Virus record (IMG/VR): IMGVR_UViG_3300013901_000014
Location: 1 to 64,000 of that record
DNA from: a virus
Lineage: Duplodnaviria > Caudoviricetes
Direction: 5' to 3' (one strand)
Length of the DNA stretch: 64,000 nt
Positions 35,173-44,849 of the stretch are shown one piece after another (position 1 is the first letter of the stretch; each line of letters starts with the position of its first letter). The notes under the pieces were generated by a model. The model ran no database searches. It worked only from the letters and a program-made list of their open reading frames with translations, and had not been told where the DNA came from. The position numbers were made by a program, and so were the translations under genes.

Positions 35173-38100
35173 GTTCCATACCTACAAAAGAATTGGCGGG
35201 CGACATCAGCGTGGGACGCAACGCCACAATGGGCGGTGACGCCACCGTGCGCGGCAAACTCACCATCGGGCATAACCTGAAAGTGGAGGGGTGGCTTGAC
35301 GCGGCCAACATCAAAGGGCCGTCGAAAGGGCTGTTCGCCACACTCGACAACCTGAAAGAGGCGTACCCACTACCAACGGCCGGCTGGTGGGCGCTGGTGG
35401 GCGACACACTGCCGGCAGCCGTCTACATTGTGAAAGACGGCGTGTGGACCGCCACCGGCAAGACCGGCGGCACAACCACGATAAGCAGCGACGAGATAGA
35501 CAAGCTGCGAACCGAAGCCAACAGCGCGCAGGCCATAGGAGAAGACAACGCCAAGGCCATCACAAAACTGCAAACCGACTTCCAAAGCGGACAGGCCGAG
35601 CAGAATGTGAAGATAGCCAACAACGCCAGCGACATCACCGAGCTGAAAGAGACCACGGCAACGCACGGCACGGAGATAGCGGACATATACACCGACACAA
35701 TCAAGCGGCCAGGCGACTTTGTGCTGACCGCAGCCAGCGCGGCTGTGCCCTCATCGGCCACGCGCGCATATATTGGGGCGGCAGTAAACCCGTCATCGGA
35801 GCTGAGCATAACCATTCCCGCAGGCGTGGAACTCGCATTCGGGCGCGACGGCAAACTCGGAGCCAACGTCAAACTGAAACTGAACAGCACAAAGATAGTG
35901 GCGCGCCCCGACCAGCAGATATTTACGGCTGGCTGCAAAGTGAGCGGCCCGTTCAACTGCCCCTATATTCCCGTGGAGTGGTGGGGGGCCAAGGGCGACG
36001 GCGTGACAGACGACACAGAAGCCATCAACAACGCCATCAAGTACGCCGGCCGCACGACTGTGCTGCTCGCCGCAGAACGTTATTACGTGGCCGGCACGGT
36101 GCGCATAGTGGAGGGCGAGAGCGACAAGAGTTATTACGACGAGTCGGACGACCAGAACTATATGACCGACGGCATGTATGGCCAGAACGTGCTGGTGCGC
36201 GGTTCGATATGGGGGGGCAAGGCAGCTTCGCCAGTTTTGTATATAGACCAAAGCAGCCTCACACTGGAAGTGCGTGGAGCCGTAGTGTGCCACAAAGATG
36301 CCGACTGCGCAGTGTGGGCCAACACCGAGCGCAGCACCGACATATACATTAACCGCATAGGGCGTGCGCGAGACTACACACAAGGCGTGCAGTCGGAGGA
36401 CGACATCACCAAGTACGGCTTTGGCAAAGGCACGGCATTCCGCCACTATGGAGGCCGCGGTGCGCGCATCTGCATCAATACCATATTCGGCTTCAAGTAT
36501 GGTTACAACGCTTCGACAGACGATGCCGACTACTACATAGGCTGGATGTGTAACGAGATAAAGCTTGGCAACGTGGTGTGCAGTTACCCGATATACGTGC
36601 ATCTTGCCGAGAACGGCCCGAGCGTGAACCGCAACCAATCGTTCTTTAACAGCAACAGCATAAGGCTGCAAGCGTCGGTAGTTGGCTGGAAACCCAAAGT
36701 GCAGGCACAGATAGCCTCCGAGGACCACGACACCGCCGTGCTGACAATGGTAGACGAGACAGGGTGGCCAAGCGCAAAAATATCGGACTGCGATGTGGAG
36801 ATAATGGCGCTGGACTGCGCATGCTACAAGGTGTGCCACGTGCAGCGCACAGCCATGCTGAGCATCACGGCCCGCGGAGCATACAACGACGTGGCCGGCA
36901 TGGGTGGAGTGAACGGCGATGCAATGCGCGCGTGCTGCAACAACCAAGCCCCCTACTCCGACACGCGCAAAATCGTGGAGTTCATCGACAGCGAGCAGAC
37001 CCGCTACATAGTGCAGGGCACCCCAACCCCACCCGAGGCAATGCTGGTGAAAGGCTGCCGAGACTTTCGCACCAACATATTGCAGAACTACTACAACCTT
37101 GACCAATGGTTTATACTCGTCCCAGAAAACTTCTGGTATGCCGCGAGCTTCGAGCCGGCCTCACTGCTTGAAACACTTGGAGGCGACACAAGCAAGAACT
37201 CCCTTGCCGCCAACGGACAGGCAATGTTTATTGACAGCGGCTGTCTTGACAAGTGGAACGTAACCACAATATCGAGCGAAAAGGAAGCGACAAGCGACGG
37301 CTTATATCAACTGAAGCGCGACAGCAGCCGCGTGTGCGCCGTGCTTGAAGTGAAGTCGGGTGTCAAGCATTGGATAGGCTATGTGATACCTAACGGTGAG
37401 CGCGGCCCGATGGGACCGCAAGGCCCCAAGGGAGACAAAGGAGATACCGGGCCGCAAGGCAGCACCGGCCCAAAGGGCGACACCGGCGCGCAAGGCCCGA
37501 AAGGTTCGCAAGGCGATAAGGGTGATACCGGAGCCAAAGGTGACCAAGGTGAAAAGGGTGACACTGGAGCGAAGGGTGACCCGGGCAACGATGCTGTGGT
37601 GTACAGGCTGCTGCCTGGGGCGCTTGTGTACAAGGCGGACACGACGGCAATCACCTTGTCGCTGCTGAAGACGGAGGGCGAGAGCACCACGACTGCGGAG
37701 CTGCCGAGCGGCTGGCGTGTGGTGGTCAGTTGGAATGCCACGGGTGGGCTGACGAAGAGCGCCACGCTGAGCACGCTGGCGGCTGTAAACCCGAACTCGC
37801 TGGCTGGGGCGACGAGCGTGCAGTTGGCGCTGTTCACGGCCGACCCAGAGGCGAGCGGCAGCAGTGCGCAGCTCGTGGACAGCGCCACGATGCTGCTGGT
37901 GGCTGACGGCCTCAAGGGCGACAAAGGGGATGACGGCACGCTGACCAACTACCCGATTGAGGCGGTAAGCGGAGGCGAGATTGTGCTGAGCGACATTTAT
38001 CCCAACCGCATCTACAAGGGCGGCACGTGTACGACAGTGAGCGTTGATGTGGTGCATTACAGCGATGGCACAAGCGGCAGCGACTTCAGCGCCCACGGGG

Positions 38101-38267
38101 GCGTGGCCGATGAATACGTGCTTGACTTCGTTGCGGGGGCGAGCTGCAACGTTTCGCTGCCCGCCTCGCTCAAGTGGGCGTTCACCCCCTCGTTTGACGA
38201 GGGCAAGCGCTACGTGATTAGCATAGTTGACAACCTCGCCATTGCGGCAGAGTTTAACGGGGAGTAG
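35169..38267 (+). CDS. tail spike/fibre with pectate-lyase-like beta-helix and collagen-like segment
   Basis: WWGAKGDGVTDDTEAINNAI start-of-beta-helix motif; Gly-X-Y repeats at about 37400-37585. Confidence 0.8.
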   Translation: MSSIPTKELAGDISVGRNATMGGDATVRGKLTIGHNLKVEGWLDAANIKGPSKGLFATLDNLKEAYPLPTAGWWALVGDTLPAAVYIVKDGVWTATGKTGGTTTISSDEIDKLRTEANSAQAIGEDNAKAITKLQTDFQSGQAEQNVKIANNASDITELKETTATHGTEIADIYTDTIKRPGDFVLTAASAAVPSSATRAYIGAAVNPSSELSITIPAGVELAFGRDGKLGANVKLKLNSTKIVARPDQQIFTAGCKVSGPFNCPYIPVEWWGAKGDGVTDDTEAINNAIKYAGRTTVLLAAERYYVAGTVRIVEGESDKSYYDESDDQNYMTDGMYGQNVLVRGSIWGGKAASPVLYIDQSSLTLEVRGAVVCHKDADCAVWANTERSTDIYINRIGRARDYTQGVQSEDDITKYGFGKGTAFRHYGGRGARICINTIFGFKYGYNASTDDADYYIGWMCNEIKLGNVVCSYPIYVHLAENGPSVNRNQSFFNSNSIRLQASVVGWKPKVQAQIASEDHDTAVLTMVDETGWPSAKISDCDVEIMALDCACYKVCHVQRTAMLSITARGAYNDVAGMGGVNGDAMRACCNNQAPYSDTRKIVEFIDSEQTRYIVQGTPTPPEAMLVKGCRDFRTNILQNYYNLDQWFILVPENFWYAASFEPASLLETLGGDTSKNSLAANGQAMFIDSGCLDKWNVTTISSEKEATSDGLYQLKRDSSRVCAVLEVKSGVKHWIGYVIPNGERGPMGPQGPKGDKGDTGPQGSTGPKGDTGAQGPKGSQGDKGDTGAKGDQGEKGDTGAKGDPGNDAVVYRLLPGALVYKADTTAITLSLLKTEGESTTTAELPSGWRVVVSWNATGGLTKSATLSTLAAVNPNSLAGATSVQLALFTADPEASGSSAQLVDSATMLLVADGLKGDKGDDGTLTNYPIEAVSGGEIVLSDIYPNRIYKGGTCTTVSVDVVHYSDGTSGSDFSAHGGVADEYVLDFVAGASCNVSLPASLKWAFTPSFDEGKRYVISIVDNLAIAAEFNGE
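37400..37585 (+). repeat. collagen-like (Gly-X-Y)n coding repeat
   Basis: GPMGPQGPKGDKGDTG...GAKGDPG, about 20 triplets. Confidence 0.9.
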
Positions 38268-38270
38268 CCT

Positions 38271-38978
38271 ATGAGCCAGCTAAGGAGATTTTTAATGAGC
38301 AAGCCGCTACCGAGCGTGATAGACGGCTACGTGCGTGACGGCCTCGTGCTGTGCTTTGACGGATACCAGCCGCCCAGCGGTGGCGTGTGGAAAGACCTCA
38401 GCGGCAGCGGAAATGATATGATACAAGGGAGCGCAACGGCCTATGACGAGGTTAACCACTGCTGCGCCTTTACAACGTCAGACAACTATACCACGGGCGT
38501 TGTGCCGCACCCGCTGCTTGTAACCGTAGAGGTAGTTGTGAGTATGACGGGTTATTGCATCATTTACAGGTCGAAAACTGCACCGTGGCCGTATCAGCCG
38601 GAATTGTTTTTCGGCAATTTTTTGTATTTAGCATACAACAAGGCGTCAGGTAGCGGCATTGCATACGTCAATCTGCCCACGTTGGTATCTGTTGTGCCGA
38701 CCGATGACGCCAGCCAGCCGAGCATTTATCAGATTTGGCAGAATGACACGCAGAGCGGGGCGTGGTCATATCGCTATGACGAAAAAAAGGCTTGGCAGAG
38801 CGGGCCTGGGGCCCGAAACGCAGATATGGCCGAGACGGACGGACAAATCCTATTTGGCGACGTGTCGAGCGGCAACACGCTGCGCATTTATGCCCTGCGC
38901 ATATACAACCGCTGCCTCTCGCAAGACGAGATGGCGGCAAATCGAGAACTCGACATTAAAAGATTTAACATAATATGA
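38271..38978 (+). CDS. LamG/concanavalin-like tail-associated protein
   Basis: DGLVLCFDG...WKDLSGSGND and IYALRIYNRCLSQDEM motifs. Confidence 0.7.
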   Translation: MSQLRRFLMSKPLPSVIDGYVRDGLVLCFDGYQPPSGGVWKDLSGSGNDMIQGSATAYDEVNHCCAFTTSDNYTTGVVPHPLLVTVEVVVSMTGYCIIYRSKTAPWPYQPELFFGNFLYLAYNKASGSGIAYVNLPTLVSVVPTDDASQPSIYQIWQNDTQSGAWSYRYDEKKAWQSGPGARNADMAETDGQILFGDVSSGNTLRIYALRIYNRCLSQDEMAANRELDIKRFNII

Positions 38979-39307
38979 CACACTACGAGAGAGAGGGCGA
39001 GCGGTTCACGCAGCCGCTCATCACCGCCAACGGGCGGCAGATTTTCAACCCCACGGCCGAGCAGATGGCCGCTGAGGGGTGGGTGCTAACAGAGGACACG
39101 GCCACCGAGCCGACAGCCGAGGACAAGGCACGGCAGCGCATTGCCGAGCTGGAGGAGCAGTTGAGGGCGAACGACTACAAGGTCATCAAGTGCTTTGAGG
39201 CGCAGGCCACGGGCGGCACAATGCCATACGACATTGCCGCACTGCACGCTGAGAGAGAGGCGGCACGCAGCGAGATTAACGAGCTGCAACAGAAGTTTAA
39301 CGTTTAA
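38975..39307 (+). CDS. small tail-fibre-associated protein
   Basis: C-terminal L-x-x-x-DYKVIK...REAARSEINEL resembles tail-fibre chaperone-like proteins. Confidence 0.55.
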   Translation: MTHYEREGERFTQPLITANGRQIFNPTAEQMAAEGWVLTEDTATEPTAEDKARQRIAELEEQLRANDYKVIKCFEAQATGGTMPYDIAALHAEREAARSEINELQQKFNV

Positions 39308-39320
39308 CAAGGAGGTTCCT

Positions 39321-39629
39321 ATGTACATTGTATTATCGGTATTGGGCCTCGCCGTGGTAGCCTTCGGGTTTGCATTCGCGGCGGAGCGGCAAAACAAACT
39401 CGCAGCCATTAGCGAGATCATGCGCAAGCGGCACATCATCGAGGCGCAGCGCGAGCAACTCGAGAGCATCAAGGAGATGCTCAAGAACGCACGCAGCCAG
39501 GAGGACGAGGCGAGCGCCGAGGCGGCCGCACTGAAGGCAAAGCTCTCACGCAAGAGCTGTGGCACATCGAAATCAAAGAAGGCCAGAGGCGGTGCACAGC
39601 CGAGGGCCATTAATTCACATATTGTTTAA
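39321..39629 (+). CDS. N-terminally membrane-anchored coiled-coil protein
   Basis: ATG 39321; hydrophobic first 20 aa then coiled coil. Confidence 0.6.
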   Translation: MYIVLSVLGLAVVAFGFAFAAERQNKLAAISEIMRKRHIIEAQREQLESIKEMLKNARSQEDEASAEAAALKAKLSRKSCGTSKSKKARGGAQPRAINSHIV

Positions 39630-39646
39630 TTCTTAAATTTTTTCTT

Positions 39647-40477
39647 ATGGACTCTGAAAAAATCTATTGCACCGATTGCAGAAGCAACGACGCGCTGTGA
39701 GCAGCCACAATGGCCAACAGCAGGAACAACAACGACCCGATGGCCATGGCGGCCATGATGAACGGCGGAATGGGCAACCAGTGGAACAACCCCTTCATCT
39801 ACCTCGTGTGGATGATGTTTGCCCGCCGGATGTGGGGCGACGAGGGCGGCAACGTCCAGAACGCCGAAATCCAGGGGCAGCTCAACGCGCTGCGCACCCA
39901 GATGAGCGACAACCAGAACGCGAGCAACATCATCGACGCGGTGAAGGGCGTGGGCTGCAACGTAAGCCAGCTGGCCGCGAACCTGAACTGCGACTTCAAC
40001 ACGCTGAATGCAGCCATTTGCGACGTCCGCGGCGGCATCGACCGCCTCGGCGGGGCTGTGGGCATGAGCGCCGAGCGCGTAATCAACGCCATCGGCACGG
40101 GCAACCTCAACCTCGTGCAACAGCTGAAGGACTGCTGCTGCACCACACAGCAGAACATCACGCGCATGGGCTATGAGAACCAGCTCGGCCAGAAGGACAT
40201 CATCAACACGATGCAGTCGGGCTTCGACCGCACCAACACCGGCCTCGAGCGTGGCTTCTCGGCCCTGGGCTATCAGATGGCCACAGACAAGTGCGACATT
40301 CTGCGCAGCAACCAAGACAGCACGCAGCGCATCATCGACACGCTGAACCAGCACTGGCAGGCCGACCTCCAGCAGCGCTACAACGACGCGCGCCTGGAAC
40401 TGAGCCAGCAGCGCCAGAACGCGACGCTGATCGCAGCGCTCAAGACCACCACGACGACGGCAGCCGCGGGCGCATGA
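39647..40477 (+). CDS. conserved phage late protein (Asn/Met-rich N-terminus, CCC motif) with in-frame TGA at 39698-39700
   Basis: ORF 39710-40477 extends in frame to ATG 39647 (MDSEKIYCTDCRSNDAL*AATMANS). Confidence 0.7.
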
Positions 40478-40509
40478 CGCACCCGGCCGCCACGGCTGAA
40501 TGAATAAAA

Positions 40510-40557
40510 ACGCCCGCGCTCACGAGCGCATGGCTCAGAACGCGGGCGTGTTTTTTT
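40510..40557 (+). terminator. large-loop terminator/attenuator
   Basis: ACGCCCGCG/CGCGGGCGT stem followed by T7. Confidence 0.65.
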
Positions 40558-40585
40558 ATGGACTCTAAAAAACATTTGCGAAGTT

Positions 40586-41095
40586 ATGAATTTCAAAGAT
40601 ATTCGACAAGGCTACCCGGTCTATATTTTAGACAAACAGGCATTATCCCTCAGCGAAGGCAAGGTCACCGCCGTGGGCTTCCCGTATTTCCCGACCCAGA
40701 CGCCGGGACCGGCCGCCCCGGGGGCGCAGCCGCTCGGCATGAGCGTTGACGTTACCATCGAAGCCGGGGGCAAGGCCGCCACCTACACAATACCCGAGCA
40801 GTTGTCGGTGACCTTCGCGGGCAACCTCGTGCTGAGCACCGACCGCGCCGGGCTTGCCGCAGAGGTGGAGGCGATGCGCACAGCCGCCCGCCAGGCCCTC
40901 GAAGGAATGGAGCGGCAGAAGGAAATCGTGGCCGCGGCCGACGGGCTGCTGGCCCAGCTCAAACCTGAGTATCGCGAGCGGGCCGAAACCGAGAAGCGCT
41001 TCAGCGTACTCGAGGGCGCGATGGCCGACGTTAAGAGCCTGCTGCGGGAGATGGCCGACGAGCTGAAGAACAACAGAACGCAAAACAACACATAA
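40586..41095 (+). CDS. hypothetical late protein
   Basis: Clean ORF with coiled-coil C-terminus. Confidence 0.7.
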   Translation: MNFKDIRQGYPVYILDKQALSLSEGKVTAVGFPYFPTQTPGPAAPGAQPLGMSVDVTIEAGGKAATYTIPEQLSVTFAGNLVLSTDRAGLAAEVEAMRTAARQALEGMERQKEIVAAADGLLAQLKPEYRERAETEKRFSVLEGAMADVKSLLREMADELKNNRTQNNT

Positions 41096-41097
41096 AT

Positions 41098-41709
41098 TTG
41101 ACAAAGACAATTAAAACGATTACAAGCATGCTCAAGACCCTCGCATTCAACCTCGGCCCCGTTTTGCTCATCAGCACACTCGGCACCGAGCTGGCCGCCG
41201 TATTGTTCGATTTAAGATATATCGCCCTGTTCATCGCGGCGCTGTTGATGATGGATTTTTGGTTCGGCAAAAGCGAGAGCAACATGCGCTACAAGGCCGC
41301 CGAGGCCCGGCACGACACGGCGGCGATGATACTTTATGAGTTTCATTTATCGAGGGCCACGCGGCGCACCGCCGTCAAGGCCGTCGATTACACGGGCGTG
41401 CTGGCGCTTTTCGTGCTGGCGGGGCTGATACTCGAGCAGTGCAAAATCGGGGTGACGCACGTCCAGATGGCCGCCATATCGCTGATTTGGGCGGCATGCG
41501 CCGAGGGCTGGAGCATTCTCACCCACATCCTCGTGCTGCGCGGCCACCATATCGACCGCAGCAGCCTGGGCACAACGCTCCGCAGCGTTGCCCGCGCCGT
41601 GGCCGTGAGCTGGCTCAGGAGTAAGAGCGAGAGCCTGGGCAACGCGGTGGACAAGGCGCTCGACGGGCTGCCGCAAAGCACCGGCGGCGATGGCGACAAA
41701 GACGACTAA
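41098..41709 (+). CDS. holin (phage holin family 4-like); start may be 41128
   Basis: 3-4 TM segments; DFWFG...RRTAVKAVDY and EGWSI motifs. Confidence 0.7.
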   Translation: MTKTIKTITSMLKTLAFNLGPVLLISTLGTELAAVLFDLRYIALFIAALLMMDFWFGKSESNMRYKAAEARHDTAAMILYEFHLSRATRRTAVKAVDYTGVLALFVLAGLILEQCKIGVTHVQMAAISLIWAACAEGWSILTHILVLRGHHIDRSSLGTTLRSVARAVAVSWLRSKSESLGNAVDKALDGLPQSTGGDGDKDD

Positions 41710-41741
41710 CCAATTTTGTTTAACATTCAAATATTTTCATC

Positions 41742-42005
41742 ATGGACATGGACAAAGTTCTTCATTTTGCAGTTTGCGCGGTGGTAAGCGCGGTTTTTGG
41801 CACACTGGCAATGCTATGCGGGGGCAATTTCGGAGCCGGAGCGATAGCAGCCATCGGCACGGGCCTGGGCGCGGGTCTCGGCAAGGAGTTTGGCGACGCG
41901 GCAGCGGCAGACAACCGCTGGGATTGGTATGACGTGGCAGCCGACGCCGTCGGCGTTGTCCTCGGCGTAGCCTGGTGCGCGATGTTCTACTATTGCAAGG
42001 GCTAA
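41742..42005 (+). CDS. small membrane protein (DKxLHF...GKE...DWYDxxAD type)
   Basis: Three hydrophobic segments with conserved-looking motifs. Confidence 0.7.
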   Translation: MDMDKVLHFAVCAVVSAVFGTLAMLCGGNFGAGAIAAIGTGLGAGLGKEFGDAAAADNRWDWYDVAADAVGVVLGVAWCAMFYYCKG

Positions 42006-42023
42006 GACAACCACACAACGGAG

Positions 42024-42047
42024 AGGCGGCCAAGTGCCGCCTTTTTT
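42024..42047 (+). terminator. terminator at end of late operon
   Basis: AGGCGGC/GCCGCCT stem followed by TTTTT. Confidence 0.75.
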
Positions 42048-42051
42048 GCTA

Positions 42052-42130
42052 TATAAAAGATGAGCCGCGGCAATGAAGCCACGGCCCAAAGGTGTTATAA
42101 GAGCAAAAAATAATTGCTTGTACAAAGATA
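42052..42130 (-). ncRNA. candidate standalone sRNA
   Basis: Minus-strand TATCTTTG at 42123-42130; 9-bp stem GGCCGUGGC/GCCGCGGCU complete only on the minus strand; UUUU tail. Confidence 0.45.
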
Positions 42131-42158
42131 GCACGAAGAACTGACAGCGGCAAATCAT

Positions 42159-43328
42159 TTAACGATTTTCGGAACCCGGGCCAACCACGGCATCAATGAC
42201 GCGGCGGTTGGCGATGTCGACCTTCGAGCGGTCGAAGCGGATGTAAATGTCCGTAACCGAGCCGCTGGAGTGGCCCAGGCCCTCGGCGATGACCTCCTTC
42301 GGCACATCAAGCTCGGCCGCCGCCGTGGCCCAGGAATGCCGTGCCCAGTAGGTGGTGAGCTGGCCAAAGCCAGGCAGCCGGTGAAGCCCGGCGTTTATTT
42401 GCATATTCGCGCTGCGCAAATCGGAATAGCGCTCATGCAGGTCGAGGAGCCACACACCGCCGGGCGAGCGGTAGCGCTCAATGAGTGCCGCTGCCTCGGG
42501 CTCCACCTTTATATCGTAGAGGTGGCCCGTTTTGGCGCGCCGGTAGCTGAGACGGCCGCCGCTGTAGTCCTCGGCCCGGAGGCTGAAGAGGTCCGTTGCG
42601 TTGATGCCCATCAGCAGGAAGATGAGGCGGAACATGTCGAGGGCAAAGGCCTCCAGCGCGCCAGCGGGCTGAAGCGTCCACAACGAGCGCAAGGCTAACA
42701 GCTCAAGCGACCGCTTCGCGGTTGGCTCTTTCTTGAGCTTATAGCGGCGGAACGGATACGCGGTTGTCGCCTCATCATCGATGGCGGCATTGAACACCGC
42801 CCGGAGGCATCGAAGATAAAGCCCGCATGTGTTAAGGCAGTTGCCGCGCGCAAGGTTCCATGACACAAACCCGTCCAGCCATTGCCGGTTGACCTCGTCG
42901 AAAGTAACCGAGGCGAACCCGGGGCACCAGGCGCGCAGGGCCGACAGCGCCGTGGCGTAAGCGTGCCGGGAATTGGCGCTGCGGCGCGAGTTCATCACAC
43001 GCTCGAAGTAGGGCAGGAGGAGGTTTGCCTTCGCCGGCTTCTCGGGCTCATAGAAGCGGGCCAGGAGCGCGGTGCGGATGTCGGCAAGCGGCATGCCCTG
43101 CATATCGAGCAGCGCGGCCTCGATGTCGAGGTAACGGCGCATCAGGTAGTTGTTATAAGCGGCGCGGCTGGGGTGCTTCACCACGCGCTGGGCGCGGGCG
43201 TCCCACTGCCCCGGGGCGAGGCTGATGTTAGTAGGCAGATAGACCGCGGAGTTCTTTTTGCGGATTGCGAATTTAAGCGGCGAGAGGTCCTTGCCGTGAC
43301 GGGTATCGAGATAAAGCGAAAGTTTCAT
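42159..43328 (-). CDS. int: tyrosine integrase (phage B)
   Basis: MKLSLYLDTR N-terminus, LMGINATDL, YWARHSWAT and VTDIYI motifs. Confidence 0.92.
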   Translation of the reverse strand: MKLSLYLDTRHGKDLSPLKFAIRKKNSAVYLPTNISLAPGQWDARAQRVVKHPSRAAYNNYLMRRYLDIEAALLDMQGMPLADIRTALLARFYEPEKPAKANLLLPYFERVMNSRRSANSRHAYATALSALRAWCPGFASVTFDEVNRQWLDGFVSWNLARGNCLNTCGLYLRCLRAVFNAAIDDEATTAYPFRRYKLKKEPTAKRSLELLALRSLWTLQPAGALEAFALDMFRLIFLLMGINATDLFSLRAEDYSGGRLSYRRAKTGHLYDIKVEPEAAALIERYRSPGGVWLLDLHERYSDLRSANMQINAGLHRLPGFGQLTTYWARHSWATAAAELDVPKEVIAEGLGHSSGSVTDIYIRFDRSKVDIANRRVIDAVVGPGSENR

Positions 43329-43332
43329 TTTT

Positions 43333-43562
43333 GGTGCATTGTTTTGAACATTGTCGGCGCTGCAAAGGGCAGCAGCCGCGGGCGGAAAAGTGCGAAAATA
43401 ATGCACCCCGGAAGCGCCCGGGAGCATTGCCGGCAAACGAATGCCGCATAAATAAAGGGCCGGCGGCTTTGCGCGCACAACTCTTATTACTTATTTATAG
43501 CGCTTTCGCAATTATTTTATTTTCAGACAGTTGTGATTTGGCCGCGAAATCGGTGCATTGTT
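43333..43562. repeat. att-like/arm-type repeats upstream of integrase B
   Basis: GGTGCATTGTT at 43333 and 43552; inverted AATGCACC at 43400. Confidence 0.5.
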
Positions 43563-43863
43563 GTTGCACTTTTAGGTGGCGTTTTACGCGCTCGGCGTCC
43601 CACCCGGGGGCATAGAAGCGGCCGTGCCCCGAGAGCAGCCAGGAGGGGCTCACGCCGAAGTCGCGGGCCAGCAGCTCGAGCCACGACAGCTGGAACATGT
43701 CGCGCCAGGGCTCGCGCCGCTGGGTGGCGAAGTTCCACTTGTTGAACCCGTAGATGCGGGCAAACGCGCTCACGCCGCGGATGGCCCCGTCGGCCGCAAG
43801 GCGGTCGAGGGCGCGGTAAAAGCGGAGGACGATTTGCTGGCTTTGTCCGTTTTGCATTTTCAA
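43495..43863 (-). CDS. HTH-like protein in repressor operon B
   Basis: RFYRAL...FGVSPSWLLSGHG pattern. Confidence 0.7.
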   Translation of the reverse strand: MKMQNGQSQQIVLRFYRALDRLAADGAIRGVSAFARIYGFNKWNFATQRREPWRDMFQLSWLELLARDFGVSPSWLLSGHGRFYAPGWDAERVKRHLKVQQQCTDFAAKSQLSENKIIAKAL

Positions 43864-43865
43864 AT

Positions 43866-44240
43866 TCAGTGTGACACGTTTATGTGATTTTCAGCCGCCG
43901 CGCCCTGGGGCATGGCGAGGAGGCGGTTTGTCAAATCGGTGTTGCGGCGGCGCTCGTTTTCAAGCAGCCGCGTGAGGTTCTCGATTTCGCCCATCAGGCG
44001 GGCGCGGCATTTCGTGAGGCTTTCGATGTGTGTCATGTAATTGCCGCTGATGTATTCAGCCAGACGGGTGAGGCCGCCCACGATTTCATTTGTGCGGTCG
44101 ATGCGGTTCTCGCTCGCGGCGAGGAGTTCGCAGAATTGCCGCATTTGCATTGCCATGCAGCCCATGTCGCAGGCCGGGCCGTGGGCGCGGCGGGCGGGAC
44201 GGCTGGCCGCGCGGGATTGTTCATTGTGTTTGTTTTTCAT
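43866..44240 (-). CDS. coiled-coil protein, paralog of 2208-2579
   Basis: Shared ...RIxxTNxxxxxLT...Y...IxxL...LxxLLExE pattern. Confidence 0.75.
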   Translation of the reverse strand: MKNKHNEQSRAASRPARRAHGPACDMGCMAMQMRQFCELLAASENRIDRTNEIVGGLTRLAEYISGNYMTHIESLTKCRARLMGEIENLTRLLENERRRNTDLTNRLLAMPQGAAAENHINVSH

Positions 44241-44252
44241 ACTACTTTTTAA

Positions 44253-44702
44253 TTATTGATTGTTTTTATAGCTCGCGGCCAGGAGGTCGATGAGCTTTTT
44301 GTTCTGCTCTATCAGCTGCGCGTTTTGGTCGAGCAGCTGGGCCACGGTGGCCGCATCGCCGCCGGCGGGCGTAACGGAGGAGCCGCCAACGGCCTGGACC
44401 GCCGTGGCACTGCCGGAGGCGTTCACGCGGTTGCCGCGCGCGTCGATGTTGATCGTGTTGACCGCCGCCGCGCCCCGGGCCATCATATCGCCCTCGCCCG
44501 TGAGGAGCCAAGCGACCGAGAAGCCGTAGGCGTCATGCAGCTTCTGCGCAGTCTGGCGGCCGAGGCTACATTTGCCATTAAGCATCAAATTAACGTAAGC
44601 TTGGGTCGTGCCTAATGTTTCGCCAACTTGCTGTTGAGTAATGCCTTGTGCCTTGAAGAATTTTTTCAGTTGTATGTAAAATTTTTCGCTCTGCATAATC
44701 AA
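44253..44702 (-). CDS. CI-like XRE repressor (phage B)
   Basis: HTH; shares GRQTAQKLHDAYGxSVAWLLTGEGDMMA with 1744-2211. Confidence 0.85.
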   Translation of the reverse strand: MIMQSEKFYIQLKKFFKAQGITQQQVGETLGTTQAYVNLMLNGKCSLGRQTAQKLHDAYGFSVAWLLTGEGDMMARGAAAVNTINIDARGNRVNASGSATAVQAVGGSSVTPAGGDAATVAQLLDQNAQLIEQNKKLIDLLAASYKNNQ

Positions 44703-44715
44703 TTGAATATTAACG

Positions 44716-44794
44716 ATTTATAAAATAATAAACAAAATATTTATAAAATAACCCATGATTCACTTGCATTATAAATATAATGCTTATATCTTTG
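44716..44794 (+). promoter_or_regulatory. lysogeny switch B: operators and rightward promoter
   Basis: ATTTATAAAATAA at 44716 and 44739; CATTATA-AA-TATAATG dyad at 44767-44782; TATCTTTG at 44787-44794. Confidence 0.7.
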
Positions 44795-44849
44795 CAGCGT
44801 AGTTAAAAATAACGATACAAATATAATTAGAAACTAAATATAAAACAAG

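Noticed and set aside
38271-38978. Diversity-generating retroelement target in the tail region
   Set aside because: No reverse transcriptase and no template/variable repeat pair differing at adenines were found in the window.
4274-39700. TGA stop-codon reassignment suggested by two in-frame TGAs
   Set aside because: Many well-supported genes end in TGA (2579, 27899, 40477, 58435, 63600), several with TGATG/ATGA coupling, and long ORFs are intact under the standard code.
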